The notes under the pieces were generated by a model, which searched no databases, was not told where the DNA came from, and worked only from the letters and a program-made list of their open reading frames with translations. DNA of 64,000 nt from Microthyrium microscopicum (lineage: Eukaryota). The stretch is taken from the NCBI GenBank assembly GCA_010405405.1, contig MU004238.1, forward strand, positions 135,530 to 199,529, in the 5' to 3' direction. The position numbers and the translations under genes are program-made. Shown one piece after another: positions 1 to 13,043 of this stretch. Position 1 is the first letter of the stretch. Every line of letters begins with the position of its first letter.

Positions 1-1909
1 CTGAGTCGAGGCGGCGATCGTCTTGGTAAAACATGTCTTTGAGGAGAGATTGTTCTTGCTTCCAGGCATTGGACTCTACTAGAGCGGTGGCTAGAGGACG
101 GCTGTTGAGGATACGGAAGAAAGAAGCTAAGGGAAGCTTCTTTTTCAGACTGCTGAGTACGAACAGCACTAGGTCTGTATCTCCAGATTGTATGGCTTTA
201 TCTAGTGCAATTATATCTTCCTTCATGTTGAGGAGTAGAGGCACTTGCTTGCCAGCTCTTGGTTCGCAATTAAGAAGATCGGTTGCCAGTCGAGTTCGAC
301 CTTCGTCGAAGGCAGCGTGGGCGATTTCCTCAAATGAGATTCCGCGTCTCCCCTTTAATCGCTGAACGATCGTTCTGCATATCATCTCTTCTGTGTCGCT
401 TGATGCCCGAACCTTTTGACATGCCCAATGGACATATATTCGATCTGTGGGTAGTTGGAGGTAGTCGGAAATTTTAAGAGCAAGAAGATATTCTTGCCGG
501 TTTATTAGTCGTTGTATAAGTCGCTCAGGGGTAAGTCGTAAGTATTGGTCGAGTGATATTGGAAGGCCAATCTTGTAGAACCGCACTCCGTTCAGTACAC
601 GGAGCGTCTCTGTCATGTCGACAAAGTCGTCGCTGCTGTAAAAATCCAGGACAGATTTACCAAAGGATGCTGCTTTCAGTAATTGTTTCTGCCAATATAT
701 GTTGTATTCGTGGCCGGCTGCTCTAATGCAGGTATCTACAGCTTCGTCTAAGTTTTGTCGTATTATCTGGATGTTGTCGTCTGCTTTCGGTGACTTCTTC
801 TCCAGCTGGTCAACAGCATCTAAAAGAATCGATGCTGGAGATGTCGACCCAAGACGGAATGTTTCCAGAGTTACATCTGTGTATGATTAGTCTCACAATT
901 CACCATTCTCTTGGGATCACTTACCCGGGACCCTCTGCAGAAATTCACAAACATCATTAGTAACCAGCCGTAGCCCATCAATATCCGGCAAAACAGCTAC
1001 CCACCCATCATAATAATACTTGCTCGCTTCCCCATTCGGTCCTATCAAATGCACCTCATCCTCCCACGCCAGCGCTACAGCATCGTTCCCACACCATTGC
1101 AAGTCCTTCGGCACACTCTTCACTTTCGAGTCATACTCGCTCAGCCGATTCTGGAAATCGCTGCTCACGACCCAAACCTTGCCATCGTCCGTGTAAAGCG
1201 CCACCAGCCTTCCATTCGGGCTCACGGCTACATGTCTAAACGGGCCGGCATCCAGTCCCCTATCCTCACACTCGCTTGAGTCCACCACATATATGCTCTT
1301 CCCCACCGCCAGTAGCACCTCGACGCTGCGACTCAGGCTGTCTGCGGGTGCGATCAGTGCCCAACTGTGTACCGTCTCGTTTGGCGCACTCGCCAGCACT
1401 TTCGGCCGTGGCTCTGAATAGCTCGCCACCGATACCAACCGCCCACTGCCCAGCAGCGCAACAAACCCACCACTCCAGAAACGTGCGCTCAAAACTCCAT
1501 GCTCCTCCGCCTCGGCGCCTAGACTGAACGGGCTGAAATCGCCGCCCAGTAAACCATCATACACACGACACCCCCCATCTTCCCCAACGACTACGAGCTG
1601 CTCAGAGTCACTCCATCCAAGCGCGCACACGCGTGATCTATCCCATGGCAATCGCGTAAGCAGCGCCCCAGCGCAAGAGTATATATCGATGGTAGGTTTA
1701 GTATTCGCGGTCGCAGCAGTGCGCAAGGGAGTAAGGCGGTTTTCGGAGGTGTCGCGAACGACGGCAATGGCGCCAGCGCATGGGGCCGCGGCGATGAGGT
1801 AGTTTGCGAGCTCGAGATCTGGGTCGAAGACGGCGGTATAGAGGGGGATTTTGCGGTAGAAGCGGGAGCCGAGCTTTTCCCAGTTGGCGGTTGGTTTGGG
1901 GATATCCAT
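1..1909 (-). CDS. VPS16: Vacuolar protein sorting protein 16 (HOPS/CORVET subunit); 3' part extends beyond window start
   Basis: N-terminus MDIPKPTANWEKLGSRFYRK, AAPCAGAIA, LVTNDVCEFLQRVP typical of Vps16 N-terminal domain; exon 1909-925, intron 924-877 (GTAAGT..CTAAT..CAG), exon 2 continues from 876 to window edge. Confidence 0.95.
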
Positions 1910-2618
1910 GGTTGTTATGGAACGGCGGAGCTCTCAGGAGGGTAGGTGTATGATCGTTTGAAGCATCGTTTACGTATATAAGACGCGGATTAGGAGATGG
2001 GGATGTGGTGGTTGGGAACGATGAATGGCAGGAGCTTGTGAGCTCAGAGTAGGAAGTGGAGGAAGCTTGGACCTCTCGCAAGGCTGGAGCCTTATACTTT
2101 GCTAATAAGCATACATAACACCTACGATCCATTAAATGATGTTAAGAAAGGACACGAGAAATCAGGCGCCGAGGCATGAAGCGAACGAAAAAGGGGAAAA
2201 GACGCCTCCATTGTCGACAAACGGAGGGGAATCGGGCTTTCATCGTTAACAGAATTGAGCTAGTAGCAGCACGCGCATACACTTCTTGCCTTTTTCGTAA
2301 GAACTAACAACGGTCAAATGGCTGGAAATTGCGGGGAAGAGCTAAAGGAATCAAGGATGGAAGAGCTACGACAGCGCGTCGTTTCCCCGTGGAGAACTTA
2401 GCTGTAAAGTCGTTGTTTACCAGGTAGGTTTGGAAGGTTGGAAGTCTTTTGCCGTGGCCTTAACGTTGAAATCACCAGTTCAGGGTATTCCTTTCCCGTC
2501 GTTATTCCGCTCAATATCAAAATTAGTTCATTATGGGGATAATAGTACATAATATAAGGTCACGGGCAGCTGCTGCCTTAGTGAACGACAAAGGCTAATC
2601 ATAACGACTCATTTCAAA

Positions 2619-4278
2619 ATGAAGCTCTCCGAGAGTCTTCTAGACTACGTTACGTTTGCAAATATCTTTCTTGCTATTGTCACATTAATTTCCTACAAAA
2701 TCGTAGCTCAAATTGTCTATTATCGCTTCTTCTCGCCCCTTCGAGTATTCCCCGGTCCATTTTGGGGAAGTGTCACAAGGCTGTGGTTAGGATGGCATTG
2801 CTGGCGCCAGACAGAGTTGCAAGTCGTGAAGAAACTCCATGAGAAATATGGTTCGTTCTGACAACACTTACTACAGCTATATTCTACTAACATCTCAATA
2901 ATAGGCCCTGTTCTTCGTCTCACCCCAACGCTCCTCCTCGTCAGTGATTCAGCAAAGATGCCAGAGATCTACCACCGTCAAGCTAACAAAACCGATCACT
3001 ACGTAACCGGCTCATGTGGAACAGTCGAGGCAGTCTTCAACATGAAAGAGCACAAAGCCCACGCACGCTTTCGCAAAGTTGCAGCTGGCCCATATAGCTT
3101 CTCCAACATCAAGAAGATGGAGGGTCTGATAGATACACGAATGGAAGAGTGGGCAGACTCAATAGCCTCCCGCTTCGTCAAGTCAGGCGAAGCATTCGAT
3201 CTATGCGACTGGGCTGTTTTCATGGCCTACGACATTGTGAGCGAGATTGGTTTCGGCAAGCCATTTGGATTCGTCCCCGCTGGCACTGATATAGGCGGTC
3301 TGATCCAAGGTTTCCACGATGGTATGACTGCGTTTGGCCTGATGGCGCGATTTCATCCCTTTGTCACTTGGATCAAGACTACACCGCTGGCGAGCATGTT
3401 TATTGCAACGCCAGAGGATGACTCTGGTATTGGCGTGCTCATGCGCTACAGAGACAAACTGTTCAACGAGCGTGTGGAGGATACCAAAGCCGGAAAGACA
3501 GGTGATCGCGTAGATCTGTTGCAAACCTTCATTGATGCACGAGAAGATGACGGGCAACCACTGTCCGCGGACTACATCAAGGCCGAAATCCTCCTCGTCT
3601 TACTCGCTGGCGCCGACACGACAGGGACAACTTTTCAAGCAATGTTCTACTACATCATGTCCACGCCACGAGTATACTCGCGAATGATAACCGAAGTCGA
3701 CACTGCTACAAAAGCCGGCAAACTGAGTCTTCCAGTCCCACAGTACGACGAAGTAGTCGAGAACTGCCCCTACTATGTCGCTTGCGTTCGCGAATCCATG
3801 CGTCTTTGCCCAGCAGCACCCAATATTTTCCCGCGCTTTGTCTCAGCTCCAGGCATTGACTTATTTGGAAAGTTCGCACCGCCTGGGACGGAAATTACCT
3901 GCAATCCCTACTTCCTCCACCGCGACAAGAACTTGTATGGTGAAGATGCAGAAGAGTTCAAACCGGAGAGATGGCTGGAGAATGAGAAACGGACGCGTGA
4001 GTTGCTTAAGTATAACTTCGCCTTTGGCTACGGTCCACGGATCTGTCTGGGCAAGGATATTGCGCTTGTTGAGTTATTCAAGGGCCCATTGCATGTAAGT
4101 TGAAATAGCGCCTGCAAAAAACAAGGAACATACGCTAACCGCTTCGTTACAGTTCTTCCGGATGTTTGATGCTGAGCTTGTGGATGAGAAGAAGAGAGGA
4201 CAGTTTGTTGTTCATGGAGGAGTAGGCTTTTGGGAGGACATGCGAGTCACAGTGAAGAGAAGATCAGTCGCGAAGTGA
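2619..4278 (+). CDS. Cytochrome P450 monooxygenase (substrate unknown)
   Basis: N-terminal membrane anchor then FPGP; I-helix AGADTT, K-helix ESMR, PERW, heme motif FGYGPRICLG; introns ~2851-2904 and 4095-4152; stop TGA 4276-4278. Confidence 0.95.
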
Positions 4279-4738
4279 ATCTCTGCATACTACACTTATG
4301 TTGTATATCTCATCATGAGTTACGAATCCTATTCGCGATGGAGTTATCGGCAAGGCGACACAGGTGTTGGTTGATGCTAAAATTGCAGTGCAAGTTTACC
4401 GCAATGCACACAGGATCATGGCCGAGGTCAAGAAGCGGTCGGCAGGATGATATCTGTCACGTAAAAACAGCTGTAGAACATCGAATAAGATGGGAACCAA
4501 AAAGCACGTTCATAAGGTGCGGTGGTAGACATACACCCGAGGGCAGTATACAATTCATTCTGTCCCTCAATTGATAGCATAATATGAACAAAAACAATCA
4601 ATTCATACCTATATATATATTTCCATTTCCAACCAGCCACCAAATAACAAACACAAGGGGTATCATAGCACATCATAAAAACAATAGAAAACATCATTGC
4701 CACGCCTAGCTTCCCATGCCGAGTCTGGTTTCACACGC

Positions 4739-7700
4739 CTAGTTTCCACCATCCGGCGGAGCAAGCGTATCCAGCAGATCCATCCCGTTCAGCGCAGGTC
4801 CAAAGTGAGTTCCAGTGACATCAGCCCCTTGGTGCAGAAACAAGTCGTTGAAGTTGCCGGTGATCCAATTACTAGAGATGTTGTCCATCATGAACGCGCC
4901 AGATGTATCGTCCATGGAATTAGGATCAGTATAGTCGAAATGGCCATCGGCTGCGTATACACCTGGGGGTGGCATAACAGAATGGAGGGTTGGGTTGTAT
5001 TCGTCGACGCTGAATGGAAGAATGTTGTTGTTGGAAGTTGTGAAATCGCCTGGTGTGAGATGGCTCATGTCTAAAGACATGTCGTTGGGATTTGGGATCG
5101 CAGGTCCCGGAAGAGAGATGGGGTGGCTGCGAGGCAGCATGCCTGGATTCGGCGTTCGCGCACCGCTTAGGCTGGGACTATCTTGACGTGATGGCTGGTT
5201 GGCGGTAACGCGAATGAGCTTTGTACGGACACGCTTCAGGACTGACTTGCACATTGCCGCGAACTGGTTGGAAATGTGCACGTCGTCTACGTTACAGTTG
5301 ATGAGAGCTTCCATGGCGCGGTCGGCCAAGTTAAAGAGATCGTTCATTTCAGCCTCGTAAGCACCAAAGAATACGGCCTAAAAGATAATTAGTACATGAA
5401 AACGTAACGTCCTAAATGGCTAGGTAGTGGTGAACAAGGTGACTAGCCGTATTCCCAGCAGGTTCGCGCCTCCTATGGGCTATGTTCTAACATCGAGTGC
5501 TTTATTTCTCAAAAACGTAACAATTTCTTGGTCATCTTGATGGGAAATAAAGCATCTTGCATTGAGTAGCATTGATAGGAGCCATAGCCGCTGATGGGAG
5601 TGTGCCAGTCTATTTTGCCAGTCCGATGGGTTGCGTTACATACCTTGCATAGAATCACTTGAACGGAAATGATACGAGAATAGGTTCGAACTGGAATGTG
5701 CTTCAGCACGTCGCCAGGAAGCAGATCTTCCACTACAATGCGAAGAACCTTGCGACTTGCTTCGAGGACTTGGTCAATGTACTTTCGGTCTTCACCACAC
5801 CACTTCCTTAGCACCGAAGGCGGAATTGGTTGAGATTTGGAGGAGGATGTTTTTCCATTCCCGTTGACGCCGTTGAGACTGGCGTGACGAGCTGGTGGCG
5901 TGTTGCTGATGCATCGATCAAGGACGGCTTGAATCGCTAGGGAGTTGAGGTGAACGCGAGCACATTCGTATTCAATTCGTAGAATATGACACATGCGAGG
6001 ATTGATGTAGTTGTTGTCGGCAATGCACTCTTCGAAGTCCTTTTGCCATCTGTTCAGAGGCTCATGGAATAGATCGATCATGCTCGCATATCGTCCATCT
6101 TTCACTAGTTGTCGGGACGTTTCACCATTGTAGAAAAGCTCCTGGTTTCCAGATCGGAGAATGGCAGCAATCTCCTGCCAAAAATACATGAGAACTTGAT
6201 CGGGATCCCGATAATCCTTGTATGACGTGCCCGGCGAGGAACCTGGAGTCAAGCCTGGTGAAGTAACTCCATTGAACTCGTTGAGCAGACTCTTGATGCG
6301 TTCTTCTGCTCCAGTCTTGGAGGACAATGCTTCAGTATATCCTGTTGGAAGTTGATTTATGAACTCTAATCGGCCTGCAAGTTGAATAAAATAGACGGGA
6401 AGCAGCTCTCGGAGGTACTTCTTCCGGATCCAAAAGCCTTCTAGTTTGACTCGAGGAACAGTCGGATTGTTCTCGCTGTACTTCTCCAATGTTGTTTCGT
6501 CAAACACGCCAATCTCCATAGCAAGAGCAATGGCGGTATTGAGAAGCATCCATGACATCCGATCGCTTCGCCACAGGGGCTCAAGCCAGCTTGCCTTCCG
6601 CTCATTACCAGTTCCATTGAGAAGCATAGTTGACATATCATGATCGTCATTGTCAATGGGTACTCCATCTGGAAGCATAAAGTCTTCATCATCACTTTCT
6701 GGTGGAAAATGTAGAGCTCGAGGGTTCCACTCCGTAAGCAGAATCAAGGCCTCGATGGTGCCTATTGTTCGCATGCCTTGGTAGCCAGTCTTGGTGACAC
6801 CTTCAGAATCAGCTCCGGCACCACAAAGACCACCGCCAAACTGTTCTTGTGCAAGCCAAAGACGCCCCAACATCTTGTACAGCTCTGACCATAGCTTATC
6901 GTGGATCTTGGATGCACGAGTATGTGCAGCTGGTCCCTCAAGTTTCATGTATCTTGATGAAATACAGAGAATGGTAACCAGTAATACGCGCTCTTGTTCG
7001 AGCAGAAGAACTTGCTTCTCAGGCTCGTTGTATTCTGGAAGTCCAACTGGAGTCAGAGGGTACATATGACGATAAAAATAGTCAATGTACGCAATGCCTT
7101 CTTTGGCTTTGAACCAGCCACTTCGAACAAATTTGAGCCTCTTCCATGTTGCAAGCAATCGTTCAGATGTTGCATTTTGCGATGGACGGCTGGTCATTTG
7201 GGGATCAAGGGGGACTTGGTTTGACTGCTGATAGTCCGTCGTATCAGTGGTATCATTAGCCTGCTGTTCAGCAGCACGAATAAGCATGCCCATCATGTTG
7301 TCACGCGAATACATATCATGGTGCTGTAGTGTGGCAACTGAACGATCCTCCTCTTCCGACGGTAGAAGTCTAGGAATATGACCAGCTTGAGCAGCTCCAG
7401 GTGTCTGGCCATAACCATCACCGCCGCTGTTATAACCAGCAGTAGCAGGATAGCTTGTAGGTATAACCGTGGCGTATGGCCCTCGAGTTCGGGTGCTGGC
7501 AGTCAACGGTCCTGGGCCGTCAAATTCATATGCTGGATCATAGCCAATTGCGCCATCAACGGCACCATCAATGGAAGTCTTCACAGGAAAGCTGCGTCGT
7601 ACACGCTTGTTTCTTCCACCAGCTTGTGGATCAACCGAGGGCGAGGAATAAGGAGGATCGTTGTACGACGGATCCCAGCCATCCACACTATCTTCTTGCA

Positions 7701-7947
7701 TATCGCCATCTTCCTTCGTGCGCTTCCGTCGTGTCTCAGAGAAGAGACATTGTTTTTGCTCTCTACGGCATCGATTACATGGTGGACCAGCTGGATGGTC
7801 GACATCACCAGTGCCCATTACACATCGTACTTTGCGGGACCGACAGCCTTCACAGGCTTGGTATGCGCGCGAGTGGGCGCTATTCTTGCTTGCATCTCCG
7901 TTGGCGGCGGGCGAGTCGGAGGGCGGAGAGACAGCAGGCAGGGCCAT
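4739..7947 (-). CDS. ARO80: Zn(II)2Cys6 transcription factor, ARO80-like
   Basis: CEGCRSRKVRC..PPCNRCRREQKQC cluster; WLAQEQFGGG, RTIGTIEALILLTEWNPRALHFPP, WRSDRMSWML, LKHIPVRTY blocks; intron 5643-5378 joins the 812-aa and 202-aa ORFs in frame (ILCK|AVFFGAYEAEMND). Confidence 0.85.
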
Positions 7948-8746
7948 AGTGGACCGATACGATGGGCGTAGGTATGTAGAGTGAATTGATTATTGAAAGA
8001 ATGGGGCGGCTTGGAACGGTTGCAGGCGGCAGATTGGAGTGAAACGGCTGCTTCGGGAGTGTAGCTTTGAACCGCGGTTGGGATGGACAAGGCTGACGCC
8101 CGCCGGGAATGTGATTGGGCTACGAGATGAGAATTTGCAGCAGCAGAGAAGGTAAGACACTGATGATTCTTGGGAACAGTTTGGCTGGAATGGGATATTC
8201 GGAACTTGAAGAGGAGGAGTGTGGTGGTTGAGTGACTCTGCACTCGTTGGTCACGGTCCCACTCCAAGAAAGGCTGCCACCCTCCACTGCAAGAACCTTC
8301 CTCTTTGGGATCTTGCATGGCAAAGACTTCCTTGATCAACTGCACTCCATCAATAACAAGTACATCTGGAATCATATTTCGCAGCGATTCGATATCATCA
8401 TCGCAATGCAAAGCACTCCATCAATCATGGTGGACACATTTCGAATTTCGGCTCATTCAGCCTCGACCTTCCATACGCCAGCGCAGTCCAATCCAATCTA
8501 ATCCTACAAGCATACAATCGTACACTCTATCTATAAACAGGGGTATTCTACAAAAAACACAACCGACAGTATCCCTTGACATGGCCACATACATCCATAC
8601 ATAGCCAGCAACGCCATACAGCTGTCAAACTCCAACACCTATACCATACATATCATCGTATCAAACATAGCAATCATCACCACTTTTGGAGTCTTCATCA
8701 GATTCGTTCATCCTCACCAGACTCGGATCTGAGGCACAAAAGCTTC

Positions 8747-10107
8747 CTACAGCTCCCGTTCCACGATCTTACTATCCAGTATCTCAGACGGAATCCTCCC
8801 ACCCTTTGGAAACGGCACTTCCGTTCCTGGATGCTGCATGTACTGCTGAGGAGTTTCGCGACCACCGTTTTCAGCGTTGCTATACCGCATGTGCATACCT
8901 GCTACGCCCTGGCCGTTGGAAAAGCTTGGTCGATGCGTGCCACCGCGACTACCAGATCGGCTTCCTGATCGCACGCCATTCTGCATGTATCGATCCATTT
9001 GCGCATGGTCCAGACGACTTGCTTGATTGCCGACCCAGCTTTCTACAGTCCGGAAACGTGGCTGACTGGATGCAGTGGTTGCAACGCTGTAGCGAGATGT
9101 TTCTTGGCCGGGTGTGTGTGGTGCCTGAGAATTCGTCCAGCTGAAGCGTGATGCTTGATTTGGCTGGCGGTAATGATGCTCGTCTAGTGGCGAGACAGAG
9201 GAAACCGTTGAGCGGCGTTTATGCTGGCCGGAGGGTGCACGATGTCCTTCGATGGGAAATTCATCGGAAGCTAAACTTGATCGTCTAGGCCGTTGCAGGA
9301 TGAACTCTTCCCCGCTGAGCGATTCGTTATACAGTACGCTCTGCCCCGCCAATGGAGATGCGCTCACTGCGCGGTTAGGAGGTGGGAATGGGCTACGGCT
9401 TGGTGTTTGCGCGCCGCTGAGTATTGAACGCCTGCTAGTCGCTGGATCGGGGCGCATGTAGACGGGCGATGGCTTGTAGAGAAGCGAGCCAGAGGAAGAA
9501 CTTGCTTCCCAGGTAGGTTTATCGAGTGTTGTGCTGTATTCATTGTTCCAGGGCGCTTCCCTTTGCACGGAGAGATATTCACGTGCCGTTGGAGGTTCGT
9601 TGAGAGGATCTTTCTTCCGGCTTAGGAAGCCGAACATTGGCTTTCCTTTTCGGTATCGGTATATCATGAAGATCACAAAGGACAGAATAGCAAATCCGCC
9701 TGATGCTAGATTAGTTGGAGGTTTAGTATGGTTGCGCGAACTACTTACCGACTGATACCATGACGATGAGAATCGTCTGGGTCATCCGAGTCGAGTTTTG
9801 ACCATTGTAAGGCTTTGATAACATTCCAGAGCCGTCAGCGGGAACTGGATCGGAAGAAATTGTTGTGCCAGTGTCCAGTGGCGTTGTGTTTGGATCAGAA
9901 GGGGGTGAAGTTGTGGGGTCGGAGGTAACCTGCGCGCTTCTTGCGACGATCGGGACATATTCGCTGGCCTATGGGAACATTTGTTAGCAGTTGAAGAGGT
10001 TTGTTGTTATGATTTGAAGGCGTCAACGTTAAGAGGTGATGGATCGGACATACCAAGGAAGCCGGCTCACTGCCAACAATTGTCGCCAATTGCACAACTG
10101 GCGCCAT
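8747..10107 (-). CDS. Uncharacterised single-pass membrane protein with Ser/Pro-rich tail
   Basis: Spliced model: 10107-10054 (MAPVVQLATIVGSEPASL), ~9968-9749 (S/T/P-rich then TILIVMVSV), ~9699-8747 (GFAILSFVIFMIYRYRKGK; RFSWTNS; PRFRTVESWVGNQ; QHPGTEV); GTATGT and GTAAGT donors present. Confidence 0.7.
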
Positions 10108-13043
10108 AATCTGTCGCTGTCAGCATCCGGTCGTTCAATATTATCGAGGGGTTTGTTTTGATGGTGGGTGTGGGTAGAAGAGGGTGGACATACTCTTCTT
10201 GACCTCCGCACTTGCCTCTCTCTTGGTTCAGAGTGCAGTTGCTCCACGATACCACGTTGCGCTAATCCACGTTCCAACACGCCTCTACTAGCAGTGACCA
10301 CAGACGAGACCGACATTCTCCTTCTCTTATATGGTCTCATGTTGCCCTCCATTCTTTCCTTCTTTCCTCCTATACTTGACAGGCTGGACAACGTCGATCC
10401 AGAGCTGATGCCGAGTGGGTTGTTTCCCAAAGAGACGGATCTCTGAAATCCGCCGCTTTAATTTCACCGAGCAATGCACATTGAACCAGGCCAGTAGCTC
10501 CTCTTCTACTATCTTTACTTCCAGTAAGAAGGGCAAAGAGCAAAAGTCCAGTCGTTGTGGTATGTTGAAATGAAAGTGCCAGAGAGAGTGTGAGTTGTAT
10601 CTAGCAAAGTTATAAAGGCACGGGAGATGGAAACGAAGGACGGCGCTATATCCAAGATAATGCAGAACCGGCTGCTGTGTATGGACAGAAAGACAAAAGG
10701 ATAGAAAACGAAAGAGAGTATGGTTGGAGGAGAGAGGGTTGCACAATTGGAATGACAGGTCTGAGCGGAAGAGGGGAGGCGGAAATTGGGATGTGAAAGT
10801 TGTTCAAAGGAGAGACAAAGTTTGGAAAAGGTTGTTAACGCATGGATGATTGTTATTTGAAGCATTAACTGTGTAGTTTTAACCTACCAGGAACAACTGA
10901 CAGAAATCTCTAGGCGGAACTTGTAGGGTACTACATGTCAAAAAGTGTGTAGTATCTAGAGTATGTAGTGTCTCGCCGAGCCCGTGATGCTGGGCTTGTT
11001 ACAGTTGTTCTTCAGTCAGGCACTGTGCGTCTCGTCAATGCCCCGCCTGCCGTTTCAACATGGGGAGATCCGCTGCTGTTATTTGTCCAAGTTGCGAGAT
11101 CTGAGGATCGTTACCAAGATTTCAGTCTATGGCTGCCTCCAGCTGAACGATTACTGCGTGATCGATTGTTCCCAGCGACTTCTCCGTTCTAGAAAAGTCT
11201 CCCCTTGCACTTGCCTCATCGTTACATGTTTGGCATTCTAAAAATTATGTGGGACCATCTGACCAAGATTTGAATTGCGATCACGCGATGTATAATGGAT
11301 TCAAGATGTTTGTGGTTGGCGGATAGAAGCCTACGAGGGAAAAAGGAGGTGTTCCTTCTTTGGAGAAGAGGATCTTAACAAGACTCGGACTAAGGTTTGA
11401 AAATAACCACACTCCCTGTCACCTCGTCCATATTTGACATCTCCCTGTCTAGTCCATAAACATTCATAGTCAAGAGACTTCATCCAAGCCTTGGTGAAGT
11501 GGATTGTTTTCGGCAATTATTGCTCAGTAAATGTTTAAGGCACTCTGGCACCCACTGCCCAGTGTCCTCTGGTCGAAATTCAGCAGGTCGTAAGCTTGCA
11601 AACTAGGCAGTAAAGAACATTATCAGTGCTCACTGCTATAGCCAAGAAACGCGGCCAAATCATTCGTACAATGCCCTGTGTCGTCTCATAGAAGGGTTGG
11701 CAGTTTTCGCCTCTCCCACCGTCTTATGACGATTTCTAATATCTAGCTCTTGGACCACCGAGACCGAGATAAATGAATAACAGGAACGAGCTAGTGATTT
11801 AAGCAATGCTATTAAGAAAGATCAAAATCTCTGGCAATGCAATTCGATATCATGTCATCCAGACTTTGTTCCTGCATTAGCTGACGCAGCTTATTTTTCT
11901 TACGTATACCTCAGACAATTTGAATGGATGTTGAGTGGGTGCGGAGGGAAACCTTTTATTAAACACCAAATATTTCAAGTTCTGAGCATTAAGACCGAGA
12001 GGTATGAATCGTTTACCTTATTGGGATGTACTAAGGTTGTTATCACTGAGCCGGCTGTGGCCATGGAAACATTGCGCAAGAGAAACGAATGACAAGTAAG
12101 AGTACATCTCGTGAACAACCGGTATTACCGAGCTGAATCTTCACATGCAGCTCCTCTACGGGCATGCTGGTATAGTTTGTTGGTATAATTTTGGAGTTAT
12201 TTGACCGTCTTTCTGTCTACTTCTCATTCAATTCGCTTTGGTGACAAGCTTAAAACATGCTATTTATGTCTAAAAATCAATGCGAGCAACTTCTAATGCT
12301 AGGAAGGGGGGTAGTCAATCTCACAAGGTCAAAAAACAAATTGATAGCTATTGCAATCGAACCTGTGACCTTTGAATGGAGTGCTCGTCCAAAAAGGGAA
12401 TCTCACGATGTAATAAAAAAAAGTGGGGAACAAAAAATACAACTCCCGGCCACTGGCTATGGAAGTCGTAATAAAAGTCTATTACGACTTTTTGGTCAAC
12501 TGTGTTGGAGAGGCAGTTATTTACTCCCTACATCATTACCCGTTTGACTTCGATAATGACTGATGTGGTTTGTTTAGTCACTGTGTATAGAGGTCTGCTC
12601 CCTTCATCATTACCCGTGCCGCGGTAATGACTGATCGAACCCTGCATTAGCCAGCCACATGTGTGTGGTGAGTAAGCATTGATACGGTCTAGCTCTGCTG
12701 ACAAAGATGATGAAGAATTTCGATGTACAGGCTAGACCACCTAGATGTTAGTTGAACGAATATTCCACGACTGCAATATATATCTAGCAATCTGTGCCCT
12801 TGATTTCTTCAGCGCCCGCCCAACAGCCACTGCGTTTTCCGTGGCAAATACGCCCAAAATAAAATTTCAAGGCCGGTACAATCAATCACAGATAGAAAAA
12901 TAAAGTATTTGACTGTGGAAGTTATGCACCAACATTACATATCATTAAACATAAAAGTTCTATACCCAGGCTGGTATGTGTGGTATCTTTTTCGCCTGTC
13001 TCCAACATCAAACAACTAATAATAACAAATCGGCAACCAAACA

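Noticed and set aside
2619..7947. P450 plus Zn2Cys6 factor as a secondary-metabolite cluster
   Set aside because: No backbone enzyme (PKS, NRPS, terpene synthase) nearby; the factor looks like conserved ARO80 and the other neighbour is VPS16
10029..10430. 133-aa ORF as the first exon of the single-pass membrane protein
   Set aside because: Its phase at the 10053 donor does not match the downstream exon frame; the ATG at 10107 does
12630..12646. GGTTCGA (tRNA T-loop/B-box-like) on minus strand and CTGA motifs (hammerhead/snoRNA-like)
   Set aside because: No cloverleaf or A-box, no CTGANGA plus GAAA core, no properly paired C and D boxes
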